Shown: positions 28,449-38,883, counted from the first letter of the stretch. The stretch is DNA of 64,000 bases from an uncultured Candidatus Poseidoniales archaeon (GCA_963934165.1 CAWVXH010000002.1:38650-102649), one strand, 5' to 3'. Notes: generated by a model from the letters alone, not told the origin. Program-made: numbers and translations.

Positions 28449-31400
28449 TCATAAGCTGAAGCCGTCGTTCTCATTTTCTTCATCAATTCCAGCAATTCTT
28501 GTGTTACCTTCAGAATCGATGAACTCACCGGCTTTCACACGCGAGCCATAAAGGGTCGATTCATTAGACGATGTTCGGTTCAACATACTCTCCCCGAGAG
28601 CATTGCTTAGATGATTGATAAGCGCCTGTAGAGCTGCAATTGCTCGATCCCTTTGATCCGCCCCGATTTCGTGGTCTGAATATCGCGCTTCTTCAAAGAT
28701 TGAAAACAATGTATCCAAATCTTCAGGTGGCATTATTCCTCCAAGCATGGCATTTATTGCATCCTCAAATTCACGAGTTGTTTCATAGACTTTCTTCATA
28801 GCTCCACGGCTGCGGAAGAAACGAACTAAATCCTTGTAACAATTGAAAATTGTCTGAATATAATCATTCGATGCTTTCAATGACATCAATGAATCTGTGA
28901 GGATTCCACGAATTATTTCGATTCGGCGGCGCTCATTGTAATTTCGATACATTATCGCACCGATTAGGACAGCGAATGCTAGAGCAATTCCAATAACTGT
29001 CAAGACCTTGAACGTGAAGAAATTCGCGTTTTGTTCAACAAGAGGCTCACCGAGATAAATCACCGGTGTGCTGTTAAGGAACTCTTCTTGGAAAAACGAC
29101 GATTCTTGGAAATGAATCAGAACTCGCCATTTGCCATTCACAGCAGTAATATCGAGCTCTCCAGGCACTTCTTCTCCGGTGTAAATAAAGCTGAAATTCG
29201 CCTCACCATGCTCATTTGTCACAGCGTATTCAACATTATTTGTTTCCCATCCTGTGCCATTCCAATACTGAAAGGTGAAGATAACAGTTTCACCTTCAAC
29301 TGAAACATCCAAACGGTCTCGCAAAATTGCCACGGCCCCAGCGACTTCATCACCGATCTGGTAACCCAATGGATTTGACCAATGGTTCTTCAGCAAAATA
29401 TCAACCTTGCTTCTGACTAGAACTTCGACATCTTGGAACGAACCATTGACGACTGGGGTCGTCTCAGCCCGGCAACCTCCGGGTAATTCCTTAGTCGGCT
29501 CATATGCAACTCTAATCGTCCTGAAGCCCTCTAACTGGTTTCCGTTTGGCTCAACACCACGGCGGCTTGGATTATCATCCGGATCGCCGGAATACCATTC
29601 AATTTCACCAGTGCCATCACGAGTGATGGCAGTTGCGATAGGACGGGTATTAGTTTCAGGGTCGAGGTAGATGTTGAGACACTTTCCTCCGACTGGATTA
29701 CCATTGACTTGAGTCAACATTGCATCGATATGGAACGATTCCTTTAGGTAAAGAACTGGGAAAACAGTTCCGTTTTGGAATTGATATGTGTCGACATCAG
29801 TACGGAATGGCCCTACTTCTTGGAAGGTCATTGTAGAATTAGAAAAGACAGGGAAGAACTTCGTTAAACTCGAATTTTTATATCGATATTGATCTCCGGT
29901 TTCATATGAAAGGAAATTCACAGTTACCTTCGCTTGACCTGCTTGAACGTCATTTAGTGGGCAAATTACATCGAACATGCCATTGATGTCAGTTATATCA
30001 CCTTGGCAAGATTTTACGCCTAAATCAGAGCCGACCATTTCGTATTGAACCTGGATTGCTCGGTTCGATAGATTCGAGCCAAGCTCATCGATTAACTGAC
30101 CGGTAACAACCATCGGTTTATCGATAGCTTGGCCAGTAACTGGGTCAATTTCAGAGGTGTAAACAATCTGATCGTCAACAGAAAGCGTGGTGCGGCCAAT
30201 CAGGCTGAATCCACGCTCATCGTGACGGAAAATCTTTCGATAATGATCGCTGTTGAGAATTTGGTCGCAAGGATCCCAAGCACCTGAAATTCTCAACATT
30301 TCCTCATCGAGAGGTTCACAACCTTCATGGGGAAGGTTTTCTGCGAAACGAAGGATGACATTGACTGGTCCAAATCCGTCAGGAAGGAAGGAATTAGGGT
30401 CATCTCTGAGCAATTGTGGATCTAACAACATTCTGTAATTAATTGAACCCGCATTAGGGCAAAGCGTCTCAACGATTTGCCTATGAATGCGTTGTTCGAA
30501 ATCGACGCCTTCAAGAATCACTAAAATTTCTCCGCCATTTTCATCACATCCATCGAGGAATTCGCCTTTATCCTTGATAGCGGCGGTTCGATTATCGTCT
30601 GTTACCTGAGCACTGAATTCCCAATAATCTCCACTCGAAAGACGATTTTCTGTCGTACTTTGGAGAGACACAAATGTTCGAGAAACAACCCAGAGGTTGA
30701 TTTCGTGAGCACTGCCTTGGCGATATGTGTCGCCTGGATATGTGTAACTTAGAGTGAAATTACCGAGTTGATGCATTTCATCAATTGTCAAATTGACTTG
30801 AAGAACACCGTTATGATCGGTTATCGCTATATCGCTAGTTCCGTCTGCAGACCAAGTGAAATTCACTGGAGCATCGCGAACAGGCTGATACGCATTGTCG
30901 ATGAGCCGTGCCTCAATTGTTGTATTTTGTCCTCGATAAAGACGTGGTATCAGATTCATTTGGAAATCGGTAGTACCAATGACTGAGATGTTCACATATG
31001 CACCTGTCGGCGCGAGAACATTCGATTGATTTCCAGTAAAGTAGAAATTCGAATTTGTAAAATCTGCACGGATTCCAAATACGCCCGCTGCATATTGAGA
31101 ATACCAGGTCCAGTTGTAATCGAATACTGCTTCGCCGTTCACCATATCTGGAGCACGCGCAAATCCAGTCTCTTGGGAACCTGCGAAAACACCGTTGTGA
31201 TCTACATCAACCTGTAGAGCCATAGGGTCGTGAGGCCATGCGGTCATAGTTCGGTTCCAAACCGTTCCAATAATTCTGAACGTTTCTCCTGTGAACATTT
31301 CTGGTACAATTTCACATCTCGCATCGCTTTCCGGATCTCTTGGGTCAATCGGTCCACATGGTGGAACGTTGAAATCCCCCCCATTTTGCATTGCGATGAA

Positions 31401-34400
31401 CCAATGAGTGCCATTCGAAGAGAGGAATGGGCGTAATCTACCAGACTCACCCGTCAATCCTTCAGGCGTACCATCCCAGAGCATAGCATATGGTTTCCCA
31501 AGACTTTCTGTACCGAAATCAAGGCCTGCATTAGCCAAGGACGGGGAGTGGAATAATGCTCGCCATGCTCCGAAAGAAGAGCCGGTGAATTGAGTTGAAT
31601 CCCAAAAGTAAACTGGCCGGATGGATGGGGTTATCACATCTGCTTCGATATACATTCTATGCATTGATCGGATCGCGAATGAATCTGTTTCATCGCCCTC
31701 TAGATATGGCCAAGGCCATTCTGCACCTAAATCGGGTCGAGACATACCAATGAAAAGATAGTCGCCAATCGGTAAACTGGTGTTTGTATATTCATATATT
31801 CCAATCATGCTGTGTGATTTTGAAGTGTTATCCCAAACAATTTCCTCATAAGCACCAGGAACTTTTCCTACTCCATTATCAATTGTTGAATTCCATTGAA
31901 CCTGTTTCCAAATACCTTGGCTTCCGCTCGATTGAACAAAGGAGAGTGAAACCCACCCTCCTGAATCAGATCGATAACCGTAGCCATAACCATCGAACAC
32001 AGTAGGATGAGTGGCATTACCAAATGGGCCACCGTGGACGGTGAACGAAATCGGTGCATGTGAGAGTCTGTTGTCAAATTTACCTCTCTCCCAATCTGCA
32101 GTATAGTGTACCTTGTAATCGATGAAGAGTGGCTGTTCATCACTACGGAAATATGTCCATGCAACATAATCAATTGTTGTGTTCGCTCGGACTTCGGTTG
32201 GAACCGGTTCTGTTGCAGCACCATCGTGAATGAACATTTCAGTTACTTCTGCATATACATTATAAGTCAAATTAGAACCGACTGTCAAATCCTCTGGGAA
32301 GAGGAATTGACCAACCACATAATTACCGTTCTCGTCGGTAAGAACATCGATTGTCTCAAGAGCAGTTGTACCATTACGAGCCCAATCAATATGGATTTGA
32401 ACGGGCAGATTTGGGGCTGGCATGAAGACACCCTGCTCAGGATCTAGCCAATTTACAGTACCATTGAACTTGACAGCATAACGATAATCCAGCCACATTA
32501 CTTCTGGGACGGTTAGTGTAATTCTAGTAGGTATTTTATCATCTTCATCTAAGATGCCATCATTGTCAGAATCCCAGTCAGAAGTATTTCCATCCTCTTC
32601 CTCAAACTGATCCCAATCCGTATCTGTGCGATTATCGGTATCGTCATCTTCATCGATTGCATCTGGGCCGGTTTGAGGATCTGTTGGATTAGCAATACCT
32701 TCGCCGCCTCCGAAATCATCATGATCCCATGGATTAGTTGATTGATTATTGAATCGAGATGGCCAAAGCATAACTTCGTCAGCATCTTCCATTCCATCTG
32801 AATCATCATCCAAGTCAATATCATCTCGCAACCCATCATTATCGTGATCCCATGCTGAAATTAGAGGAGTCGCTGTAGCCAATTCGAGAGTGTTGACTCG
32901 CCCATCCCCATCCCAATCATCATCAGCCCAGTTCAATATTCCATCATTATCGTGATCCCAAACAAATTGTTCTTCTCCGACGAAACAAAGTAGTTCCTGG
33001 TCTGCATCGAGAATTCCATTGTTATCATCATCTGGATCCTCGCCATCCGGAACACCATCGTTGTCATTGTCGACATCGTAATACTTCGGATGTAGTAATC
33101 CTTGCCCTAGTATTCCAACATCCCAAACAGCTTGGTACCATCCGTCGTTATCCGGGTCGGTATCTGTCCCATCATCATCATTGTCATCACAATTTGAACC
33201 GATGAAGAAATTGCCAGCCGGCTCGGTATTAGCATCGTCATCATGGTCATCATTTGTGTCAACTTCGAAATAATCCCAGATACCGTCATTATCATCGTCG
33301 ACATCCCAATGATCGAAAACATTGTCGAAATCATCGTCCAAGTCTGCTGTATCATTGAACATACATTGTGGGTTCATATTTCCTGAAACGGGTGCTCCGC
33401 AATCATCATCTGGATCGACGTCATTATTGAGTAAATCAGCCTTTTCATCGGGGAACCAATTTGCATTTGAATCAGAATTCCACTGGAAAAAGCCGTAGTT
33501 TAAGCCAACGTAAGCAATCCACAAATCTCGGTTATTTGCTATTTGATTGTATGTTACGGCAGAGCTTGGGCTAGGATTACTCCCTGGGTCGAAAGTAAAC
33601 CAGAAGCAATTCTTGTTACATGTCCATTGCCCCTGAGAATTACTGCCATTATATGGACCATCATCATATTCTGAATCTGGGCGAGAACTGTATGGATATG
33701 TGTAAACCAATTGGCCTTGATTGGTTGAACTTGGGCTAATAATCGGTGCTCCGTAGAGCCATGCATAGAACAAACCGCAAACGTGTTCCTCAGCTAATCC
33801 TGCCATAAATGCGAGGAAAAGGGAAGAGCCACATTCATTATCATCAAAAGTACCACCAAATTTGATGTCATTAACGTCGAGTTGCCCATCATTACCTTCA
33901 TCCTGATCCCACCAATCAGGCAGTCCATCTCCATCTTGATCGATATCGATTCCGTTGATTAGAGAATCTCCATCAGTATCTATATCAAAGAAATTGCCGC
34001 CATTGAAAGCACTCCAACGTTGAATAACATGCCAATAAAGTTCTGGGACCTTTCCGCTATCATCAGGTGAGACTGCCGAATCATATCCATTGTAATTCAA
34101 AATAAATCCATCTTCAGAAGTGAATGGATTAAACATCCATGATTGATTCCAATAGAAGTTATGGGCGATATCGTGTGCATATATCTGGCCATCATTCGAA
34201 CCATCGAGCAAATCACCATCGTCAGTTGGATAAGTCGAATCAAAAATATCAGTAGTGTCGAAGTCTTGAATTCCACAATTTCCATCATCTGGGTCGTAAT
34301 AATCAGAAATTCCATCATTATCATCATCCCAATCCTCATCATTCTGTAATCCATCGCCATCGATGTCTGTGTCGAGATGGTTAGGTCCGTCGTCTCGATA

Positions 34401-36401
34401 GAGCGAACCATTCAACAAATGCATGTCATTGTCATCATCGAAATCACAATTATCATCCATATCGAGCCAATCTAGAATCCCATCATTATCATCATCGACA
34501 TCATCCCAATTATTGATTCCATCACCATCCCAGTCATTAAAACCAGTATACGATTTTCTCAATAAGTAACAATTGTCATGAGGATTCTGTGGATTAGGAT
34601 TGGTAAGGCTTGGGCAATCCCAGCCATCTACGGTGTCCTGGTGAACATTTGGGAAGATATCAAGTTCGTTGATTATTCCATCATTATCCAAATCCCAAGG
34701 TTCGTCGTTTGGATCAAGGGCGGGTGCCCCGACTGGATTGTCAGGAAATGGAGTTCCTCCCATATCTGGGTCGAGCCAATCCCATACCAAATCGTAATCT
34801 TGGTCGATGACTCGATAGCGGTCATCATCTGCATCACGATCATAATCTAGTTCACAATCGATTCCCGGGATCTCGATTGGGCCGGACACCGGTAAATCAC
34901 CAACCCCATCTCCATTGGTATCGACTTGATGGCAACGATCAGGAATTCCATCATTATCATCATCGACATCATACATATCGGCCAAACCGTCGTTATCATC
35001 ATCGGTATCCGAAGAATCTGGTGAGCCGTCATTATCATTGTCTGGATCGATGAAATTTGGAATCCCGTCACCGTCTAAATCACCGTCGACAATATAGCTA
35101 AATGATTGCTCGCGGGGATGCCAAGCCATTTCTCTGTCAACGAAATCAACGCCTCCAACATATTGAGAGTAAGTCCGTAAATTAGCTGTTGAATTTACAT
35201 TAATTGACCCAGTCATTGTTGAGTGGATTGTACAATCATAGCCTAAAGTTCCTGCCGTAGCAAAGGTCATTGAAAATGTCCCACTAGGTGCAATATTACC
35301 ACTATCGAATGATCCTCCGATGCTTTCAGTAACTGTATGATCTGTGGTATCATCATTCGTCCAGACGATTGTGTCACCCACATTGATATTGATATTTCTT
35401 GGAGAAAAACCAGAACTAGTTATCGAAACGTGATGCACTTGGGCAGAATGCCAATCTACTGCAGCTGACCAATTTGCTGCAACATTTGTGATATTTCCGG
35501 AACGAGTTGAATCCCAAGGGTGTTCATCCCATAGATCTATTACTCCGTCACCATCATCATCCAAATCAAAATAATCAGCATCTCCATCACCATCAAAATC
35601 ACATGGCCAAGTGAATTGATCAATTCGTCCATCGTTATCATCGTCTTCATCATAAGAACCTCGACCTGAACCATCAATATCTTCATCCGGGATTCCATCA
35701 TTGTCGTGATCGTAGGGATTCTGGTCAATTCTGTAACCATTTCCAATTACTAAACCCGTCCAAGGGTGAACGGTATTCGATTGAACATAACGATCTGAAC
35801 TGACATTTTGCGGATCCGCACCTTGTGAATAATCGATTGGCCCTTCTAGAATTCCGTCGTTATCATCATCCCAATCGAATTCATCTTGAATTCCATCATT
35901 ATCGTGATCGTAAGGATCGGTCCCATAGCAGCCATCGAAACGCTCGATTAAATCAGCGATACCATCGTTATCATCGTCTAAATCATACAAATCTGAGATG
36001 CCATCGTTATCGTGATCTTTGGTATCCGTCTCTTCAAGGAAAAATCCATAACTCGGATCCAACGCAAGGGCGTCACGGTCACTTATCTTCCCATAAACTG
36101 CCATCGGATCATTATAAAACGGATCGGTAAAGGTTGGATCATTAAAGCTGTTTTGAGCAGCAGGGTTACTTACTCCATCTCCAGTTACGGGACCAGATGC
36201 TGTGTTAATTTGTTGATATGATGTACGCTTTTCGGTAGGTTCCCACTCAACATCATTTACCTCTTCATATGAATCAAAATCTTGTAATGAATACATTTGT
36301 GTGCTAAACAACATCAAAAATACCATCAAGACTGCTGTAATTCCTTTTTTGGTATTTGCAATACCGAATCCATTACTGATTTTACCTAACATCGTAACCA
36401 C
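28449..36401 (-). CDS. giant (2650 aa) type-I membrane cell-surface protein with thrombospondin-type-3-like Asp-rich calcium-binding repeats and an embedded cupredoxin domain
   Basis: N-terminal signal/TM. Dozens of DxDxDGxxDxxD repeats (DHDNDGIPDEDIDGSG, DDDNDGILDWLD and so on). The mid-section is a beta-rich NxT-studded region. A single C-terminal TM (FTFKVLTVIGIALAFAVLIGAIMY) precedes a roughly 170-aa cytoplasmic tail. Confidence 0.85.
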   Translation of the reverse strand: MVTMLGKISNGFGIANTKKGITAVLMVFLMLFSTQMYSLQDFDSYEEVNDVEWEPTEKRTSYQQINTASGPVTGDGVSNPAAQNSFNDPTFTDPFYNDPMAVYGKISDRDALALDPSYGFFLEETDTKDHDNDGISDLYDLDDDNDGIADLIERFDGCYGTDPYDHDNDGIQDEFDWDDDNDGILEGPIDYSQGADPQNVSSDRYVQSNTVHPWTGLVIGNGYRIDQNPYDHDNDGIPDEDIDGSGRGSYDEDDDNDGRIDQFTWPCDFDGDGDADYFDLDDDGDGVIDLWDEHPWDSTRSGNITNVAANWSAAVDWHSAQVHHVSITSSGFSPRNININVGDTIVWTNDDTTDHTVTESIGGSFDSGNIAPSGTFSMTFATAGTLGYDCTIHSTMTGSINVNSTANLRTYSQYVGGVDFVDREMAWHPREQSFSYIVDGDLDGDGIPNFIDPDNDNDGSPDSSDTDDDNDGLADMYDVDDDNDGIPDRCHQVDTNGDGVGDLPVSGPIEIPGIDCELDYDRDADDDRYRVIDQDYDLVWDWLDPDMGGTPFPDNPVGAPALDPNDEPWDLDNDGIINELDIFPNVHQDTVDGWDCPSLTNPNPQNPHDNCYLLRKSYTGFNDWDGDGINNWDDVDDDNDGILDWLDMDDNCDFDDDNDMHLLNGSLYRDDGPNHLDTDIDGDGLQNDEDWDDDNDGISDYYDPDDGNCGIQDFDTTDIFDSTYPTDDGDLLDGSNDGQIYAHDIAHNFYWNQSWMFNPFTSEDGFILNYNGYDSAVSPDDSGKVPELYWHVIQRWSAFNGGNFFDIDTDGDSLINGIDIDQDGDGLPDWWDQDEGNDGQLDVNDIKFGGTFDDNECGSSLFLAFMAGLAEEHVCGLFYAWLYGAPIISPSSTNQGQLVYTYPYSSRPDSEYDDGPYNGSNSQGQWTCNKNCFWFTFDPGSNPSPSSAVTYNQIANNRDLWIAYVGLNYGFFQWNSDSNANWFPDEKADLLNNDVDPDDDCGAPVSGNMNPQCMFNDTADLDDDFDNVFDHWDVDDDNDGIWDYFEVDTNDDHDDDANTEPAGNFFIGSNCDDNDDDGTDTDPDNDGWYQAVWDVGILGQGLLHPKYYDVDNDNDGVPDGEDPDDDNNGILDADQELLCFVGEEQFVWDHDNDGILNWADDDWDGDGRVNTLELATATPLISAWDHDNDGLRDDIDLDDDSDGMEDADEVMLWPSRFNNQSTNPWDHDDFGGGEGIANPTDPQTGPDAIDEDDDTDNRTDTDWDQFEEEDGNTSDWDSDNDGILDEDDKIPTRITLTVPEVMWLDYRYAVKFNGTVNWLDPEQGVFMPAPNLPVQIHIDWARNGTTALETIDVLTDENGNYVVGQFLFPEDLTVGSNLTYNVYAEVTEMFIHDGAATEPVPTEVRANTTIDYVAWTYFRSDEQPLFIDYKVHYTADWERGKFDNRLSHAPISFTVHGGPFGNATHPTVFDGYGYGYRSDSGGWVSLSFVQSSGSQGIWKQVQWNSTIDNGVGKVPGAYEEIVWDNTSKSHSMIGIYEYTNTSLPIGDYLFIGMSRPDLGAEWPWPYLEGDETDSFAIRSMHRMYIEADVITPSIRPVYFWDSTQFTGSSFGAWRALFHSPSLANAGLDFGTESLGKPYAMLWDGTPEGLTGESGRLRPFLSSNGTHWFIAMQNGGDFNVPPCGPIDPRDPESDARCEIVPEMFTGETFRIIGTVWNRTMTAWPHDPMALQVDVDHNGVFAGSQETGFARAPDMVNGEAVFDYNWTWYSQYAAGVFGIRADFTNSNFYFTGNQSNVLAPTGAYVNISVIGTTDFQMNLIPRLYRGQNTTIEARLIDNAYQPVRDAPVNFTWSADGTSDIAITDHNGVLQVNLTIDEMHQLGNFTLSYTYPGDTYRQGSAHEINLWVVSRTFVSLQSTTENRLSSGDYWEFSAQVTDDNRTAAIKDKGEFLDGCDENGGEILVILEGVDFEQRIHRQIVETLCPNAGSINYRMLLDPQLLRDDPNSFLPDGFGPVNVILRFAENLPHEGCEPLDEEMLRISGAWDPCDQILNSDHYRKIFRHDERGFSLIGRTTLSVDDQIVYTSEIDPVTGQAIDKPMVVTGQLIDELGSNLSNRAIQVQYEMVGSDLGVKSCQGDITDINGMFDVICPLNDVQAGQAKVTVNFLSYETGDQYRYKNSSLTKFFPVFSNSTMTFQEVGPFRTDVDTYQFQNGTVFPVLYLKESFHIDAMLTQVNGNPVGGKCLNIYLDPETNTRPIATAITRDGTGEIEWYSGDPDDNPSRRGVEPNGNQLEGFRTIRVAYEPTKELPGGCRAETTPVVNGSFQDVEVLVRSKVDILLKNHWSNPLGYQIGDEVAGAVAILRDRLDVSVEGETVIFTFQYWNGTGWETNNVEYAVTNEHGEANFSFIYTGEEVPGELDITAVNGKWRVLIHFQESSFFQEEFLNSTPVIYLGEPLVEQNANFFTFKVLTVIGIALAFAVLIGAIMYRNYNERRRIEIIRGILTDSLMSLKASNDYIQTIFNCYKDLVRFFRSRGAMKKVYETTREFEDAINAMLGGIMPPEDLDTLFSIFEEARYSDHEIGADQRDRAIAALQALINHLSNALGESMLNRTSSNESTLYGSRVKAGEFIDSEGNTRIAGIDEENENDGFSL
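35187..35444 (-). other. amicyanin/plastocyanin-like type-1 copper (cupredoxin) domain inside the giant protein
   Basis: Residues about 320-405: NVGDTIVWTNDDTTDHTV ... GTLGYDCTIHSTMTGS. The His ... Cys-x2-His-x2-Met ligand spacing is identical to amicyanin (CTPHPFM). Confidence 0.6.
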
Positions 36402-36536
36402 CGAAGTACTTTCGCTGACTCTGCACTACTTATCAACGACTACCCTCGTGTGCGCGTAAACGTATCAGAGACTGGTTTGGGTATCATTATTCATCCACTC
36501 CTCAAATTCAAAAAAGAATTTTTATCGCAGGATTTG

Positions 36537-36647
36537 ATGACAGCTTACCGAACCGTCCTCAACTCGAAAATACACCGGGCTTCTGTTATCCAGGCTGATC
36601 TCGATTATGTCGGCTCAATTTCAGATACCAATCAATATACTGATTAA
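36537..36647 (+). pseudogene. panD: remnant of aspartate 1-decarboxylase (panD), N-terminal 36 codons only
   Basis: MTAYRTVLNSKIHRASVIQADLDYVGSIS matches the PanD N-terminus (M-RTML-GKLHRA-VT-ADL-Y-GS), including the Gly-Ser self-cleavage site. The frame stops after 36 codons. The remaining panD-sized space is occupied by rlmH on the other strand. Confidence 0.45.
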
Positions 36648-37078
36648 GCTCGATGATAAGGTAAACCTTTGATGATTGTAACGGCTCGATAAAGTTGCTC
36701 TAAAAGCACGACTGCTGCCAATTCATGAGGGAGGGTAATCGGCCCTAATGAAAGTGATTTAGCTCCAGTTTGCTGCTCACCAAACCCACCAGGGGGCCCA
36801 ATTACGAGGTGTACATCTTGGCTTGCTAATCGCCACTTTTTCATCTCTTCAGCATAACCCATGCTATCAATAATTTCTCCACCTTCATCGAGTAGGATTA
36901 CCGTTGAATCACCAGCTCGCTTTAACACGGTTTTCAAATATTCATTGGGGTCGGTTTGATTTCGGTGTTCGACCAATGAAACACCATCTGAAGAAAGGCG
37001 ATTTGCATACTCATTTATTGCGGTGCGAAATGCAGCATCTTTGGGCCTTCCATGAAGATGAACTACGATACGAGCCAT
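36644..37078 (-). CDS. rlmH: 23S rRNA (pseudouridine1915-N3)-methyltransferase RlmH (SPOUT)
   Basis: Start at MARIVV. VILLDEGG, HLVIGPPGGF and LPHELAAVVLLEQLYRA are the RlmH/YbeA blocks. Confidence 0.85.
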   Translation of the reverse strand: MARIVVHLHGRPKDAAFRTAINEYANRLSSDGVSLVEHRNQTDPNEYLKTVLKRAGDSTVILLDEGGEIIDSMGYAEEMKKWRLASQDVHLVIGPPGGFGEQQTGAKSLSLGPITLPHELAAVVLLEQLYRAVTIIKGLPYHRA

Positions 37079-37155
37079 GTGCGTGGCAGAACCCGCTAGT
37101 CTTTGATGAATTCGCAAGCATCAAAACTGTGAACACACTGGCTAAACTGAGTAAG

Positions 37156-37473
37156 ATGGGTTGGTGGCCGTTCAGAAAAAAATCTAAACCAATTCATGAT
37201 GATCCTCATGTCAAAGGCACTAGGCTCTGGATTCAAGAATTACGAGATGTTTGCGAACGAAATTATGACAATTTTACAGAGGGGCAACGATTAGTTCGAC
37301 AGATGCAAATAGAATGGATTGATGCGAATCAAGAAGGGATTGTAGACAATTTGTTGCTAGAAGGTCTAGATCGACGTGCATTTCGACTATTAAGAGCCGA
37401 TAGCAAAGAATGGTTGGCATGGCTCGACAACGAAGATTTTTGGAAGCCCGGCTGGCGCGGTGATATCGAATAA
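37156..37473 (+). CDS. hypothetical protein
   Basis: The listed ORF starts inside rlmH on the other strand. The first Met clear of rlmH is MGWWPFRKK at 37156, giving 105 aa. Confidence 0.35.
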   Translation: MGWWPFRKKSKPIHDDPHVKGTRLWIQELRDVCERNYDNFTEGQRLVRQMQIEWIDANQEGIVDNLLLEGLDRRAFRLLRADSKEWLAWLDNEDFWKPGWRGDIE

Positions 37474-37481
37474 GAGGTGTT

Positions 37482-38177
37482 TTGATGATTTTTTGGATTT
37501 CTTTATTTCTCATTTTGGGTGCCACTGTGTTCCATTATTCTCGTGCCCAACCTTTTCCAGAAAAAAGTGGAAAATTTGCCTTTTTATTAATTACTACAGG
37601 AGTAATAATGATTATTTCCATTAGTGCCCCTCGCCCTACTGAAGATTTGGTTGCTCCGATGGTTGCCACTATTATCGGTGGACTCGCCGTCATCATCGGT
37701 ACAATCCATATGTCGATTCTACGAGATGATGTGATTATCGCACCATTTGGGGGATTTCTTCTTTGCATTGGTGCGATCGATTTGCTCTCATCTCAATGGG
37801 TTGGAGCCGGACAAATCGAACAAATCGGCTCATTCGCTTTCGCTTCAATTCTAGTGTTACTGGAGATTTACTTAGCATTCAAAGGATTGGTTGTCGGAAT
37901 TCAGGGCATCTCTTGGTCGAAATCAGGGTTGAGGCAAATCCACAGGGGAATTTTGTTAGGAGATTCGGGTGCAATCGCTCATTTTGAGAAATCATGGGAT
38001 ATGGAAAATCAATGGATAAACGCGATGAGTCATTCCGCATTATCGTTAATTTATCGTCATCTAAATAATGATAATATGGAGAAAAAACACGCCATTGAGT
38101 TAGAAAAATTGGGTGGTTGGCAAAGTGTTGATGAATCTTGGATAATTACTATCGAAAATGCATTAGAAATTATTTGA
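37482..38177 (+). CDS. hypothetical membrane protein
   Basis: 231 aa. About five hydrophobic helices are followed by a soluble C-terminal region. Confidence 0.5.
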   Translation: MMIFWISLFLILGATVFHYSRAQPFPEKSGKFAFLLITTGVIMIISISAPRPTEDLVAPMVATIIGGLAVIIGTIHMSILRDDVIIAPFGGFLLCIGAIDLLSSQWVGAGQIEQIGSFAFASILVLLEIYLAFKGLVVGIQGISWSKSGLRQIHRGILLGDSGAIAHFEKSWDMENQWINAMSHSALSLIYRHLNNDNMEKKHAIELEKLGGWQSVDESWIITIENALEII

Positions 38178-38241
38178 GTGTCGGTCTCGAACATTTTATT
38201 GTAGTCGAGACGATTTCATAGAGTGCAACCCAATCCGACAA

Positions 38242-38883
38242 GTGGATATGGTTCGCATTACAAGGATTCACACTGGTGGCGGAGACGGAGGTGAAACTTC
38301 TCTCCTCGATGGAGAAAGGGTTGGAAAGGATCATCCCCGTGTTGCATTTTATGGCACAATCGATGAAGTAAATTCACAGATTGGAGCCGTCAGAATGGAA
38401 CTAAATCGAATCGAAAAAATAGCACCAGATGGTGGCCAAAAAACAAATCTAATTCGTGCAGCAGAATTGGCAGACAAACGCTTAGGTATTATTCAACAAG
38501 AATTATTTGACATTGGGGGAGAATGTTCTTGCACACCAGGAAAATTACCGAAAATGATGGAATTAATATCTGAGCAGCAATGCGAAAGATTAGTCGAGGA
38601 GATGAACGAATGGATCGAAGATCTCGAGCCACTCGAATCTTTCATAATTCCTACAGGATCTCCTCCCGTCGCTACCCTGCACGTAGCTCGGTGTGTCACG
38701 CGTCGAGCAGAAAGGGACGCTTGTGGACTTCGCTCAATTGAAGGTGAATATGCCATTAGAGCAGAAGTAATATCATACTTGAATAGGTTATCTGATTGGC
38801 TCTTCGTTCTCGGAAGATGGATTACAGTAAAAACCGGTGAAGAAGAAGTTTTGTGGATGCCTCTCGGTAAAAGAAATGCTTAG
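38242..38883 (+). CDS. PduO-type ATP:cob(I)alamin adenosyltransferase
   Basis: RIHTGGGDGGETSLLDGERVGKD...AFYGTIDEVNSQIG ... IIPTGSPPVATLHVARCVTRRAER. Canonical PduO/MMAB blocks. Confidence 0.8.
   Translation: MDMVRITRIHTGGGDGGETSLLDGERVGKDHPRVAFYGTIDEVNSQIGAVRMELNRIEKIAPDGGQKTNLIRAAELADKRLGIIQQELFDIGGECSCTPGKLPKMMELISEQQCERLVEEMNEWIEDLEPLESFIIPTGSPPVATLHVARCVTRRAERDACGLRSIEGEYAIRAEVISYLNRLSDWLFVLGRWITVKTGEEEVLWMPLGKRNA

Noticed and set aside
33000-36000. DNA-level repetitiveness that might have been a CRISPR or tandem-repeat array
   Set aside because: The periodicity comes from protein-level DxDxDG repeats of variable length. There are no constant-length direct repeats with unique spacers. 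No CRISPR-like array occurs anywhere in the window.
28449-36401. Many short plus-strand ORFs inside the giant gene (Met/Ile/His-rich translations)
   Set aside because: They are antisense to a continuous 2650-aa ORF. Their low-complexity composition is the mirror image of the Asp-rich repeat codons (GAT/GAC read as ATC/GTC).
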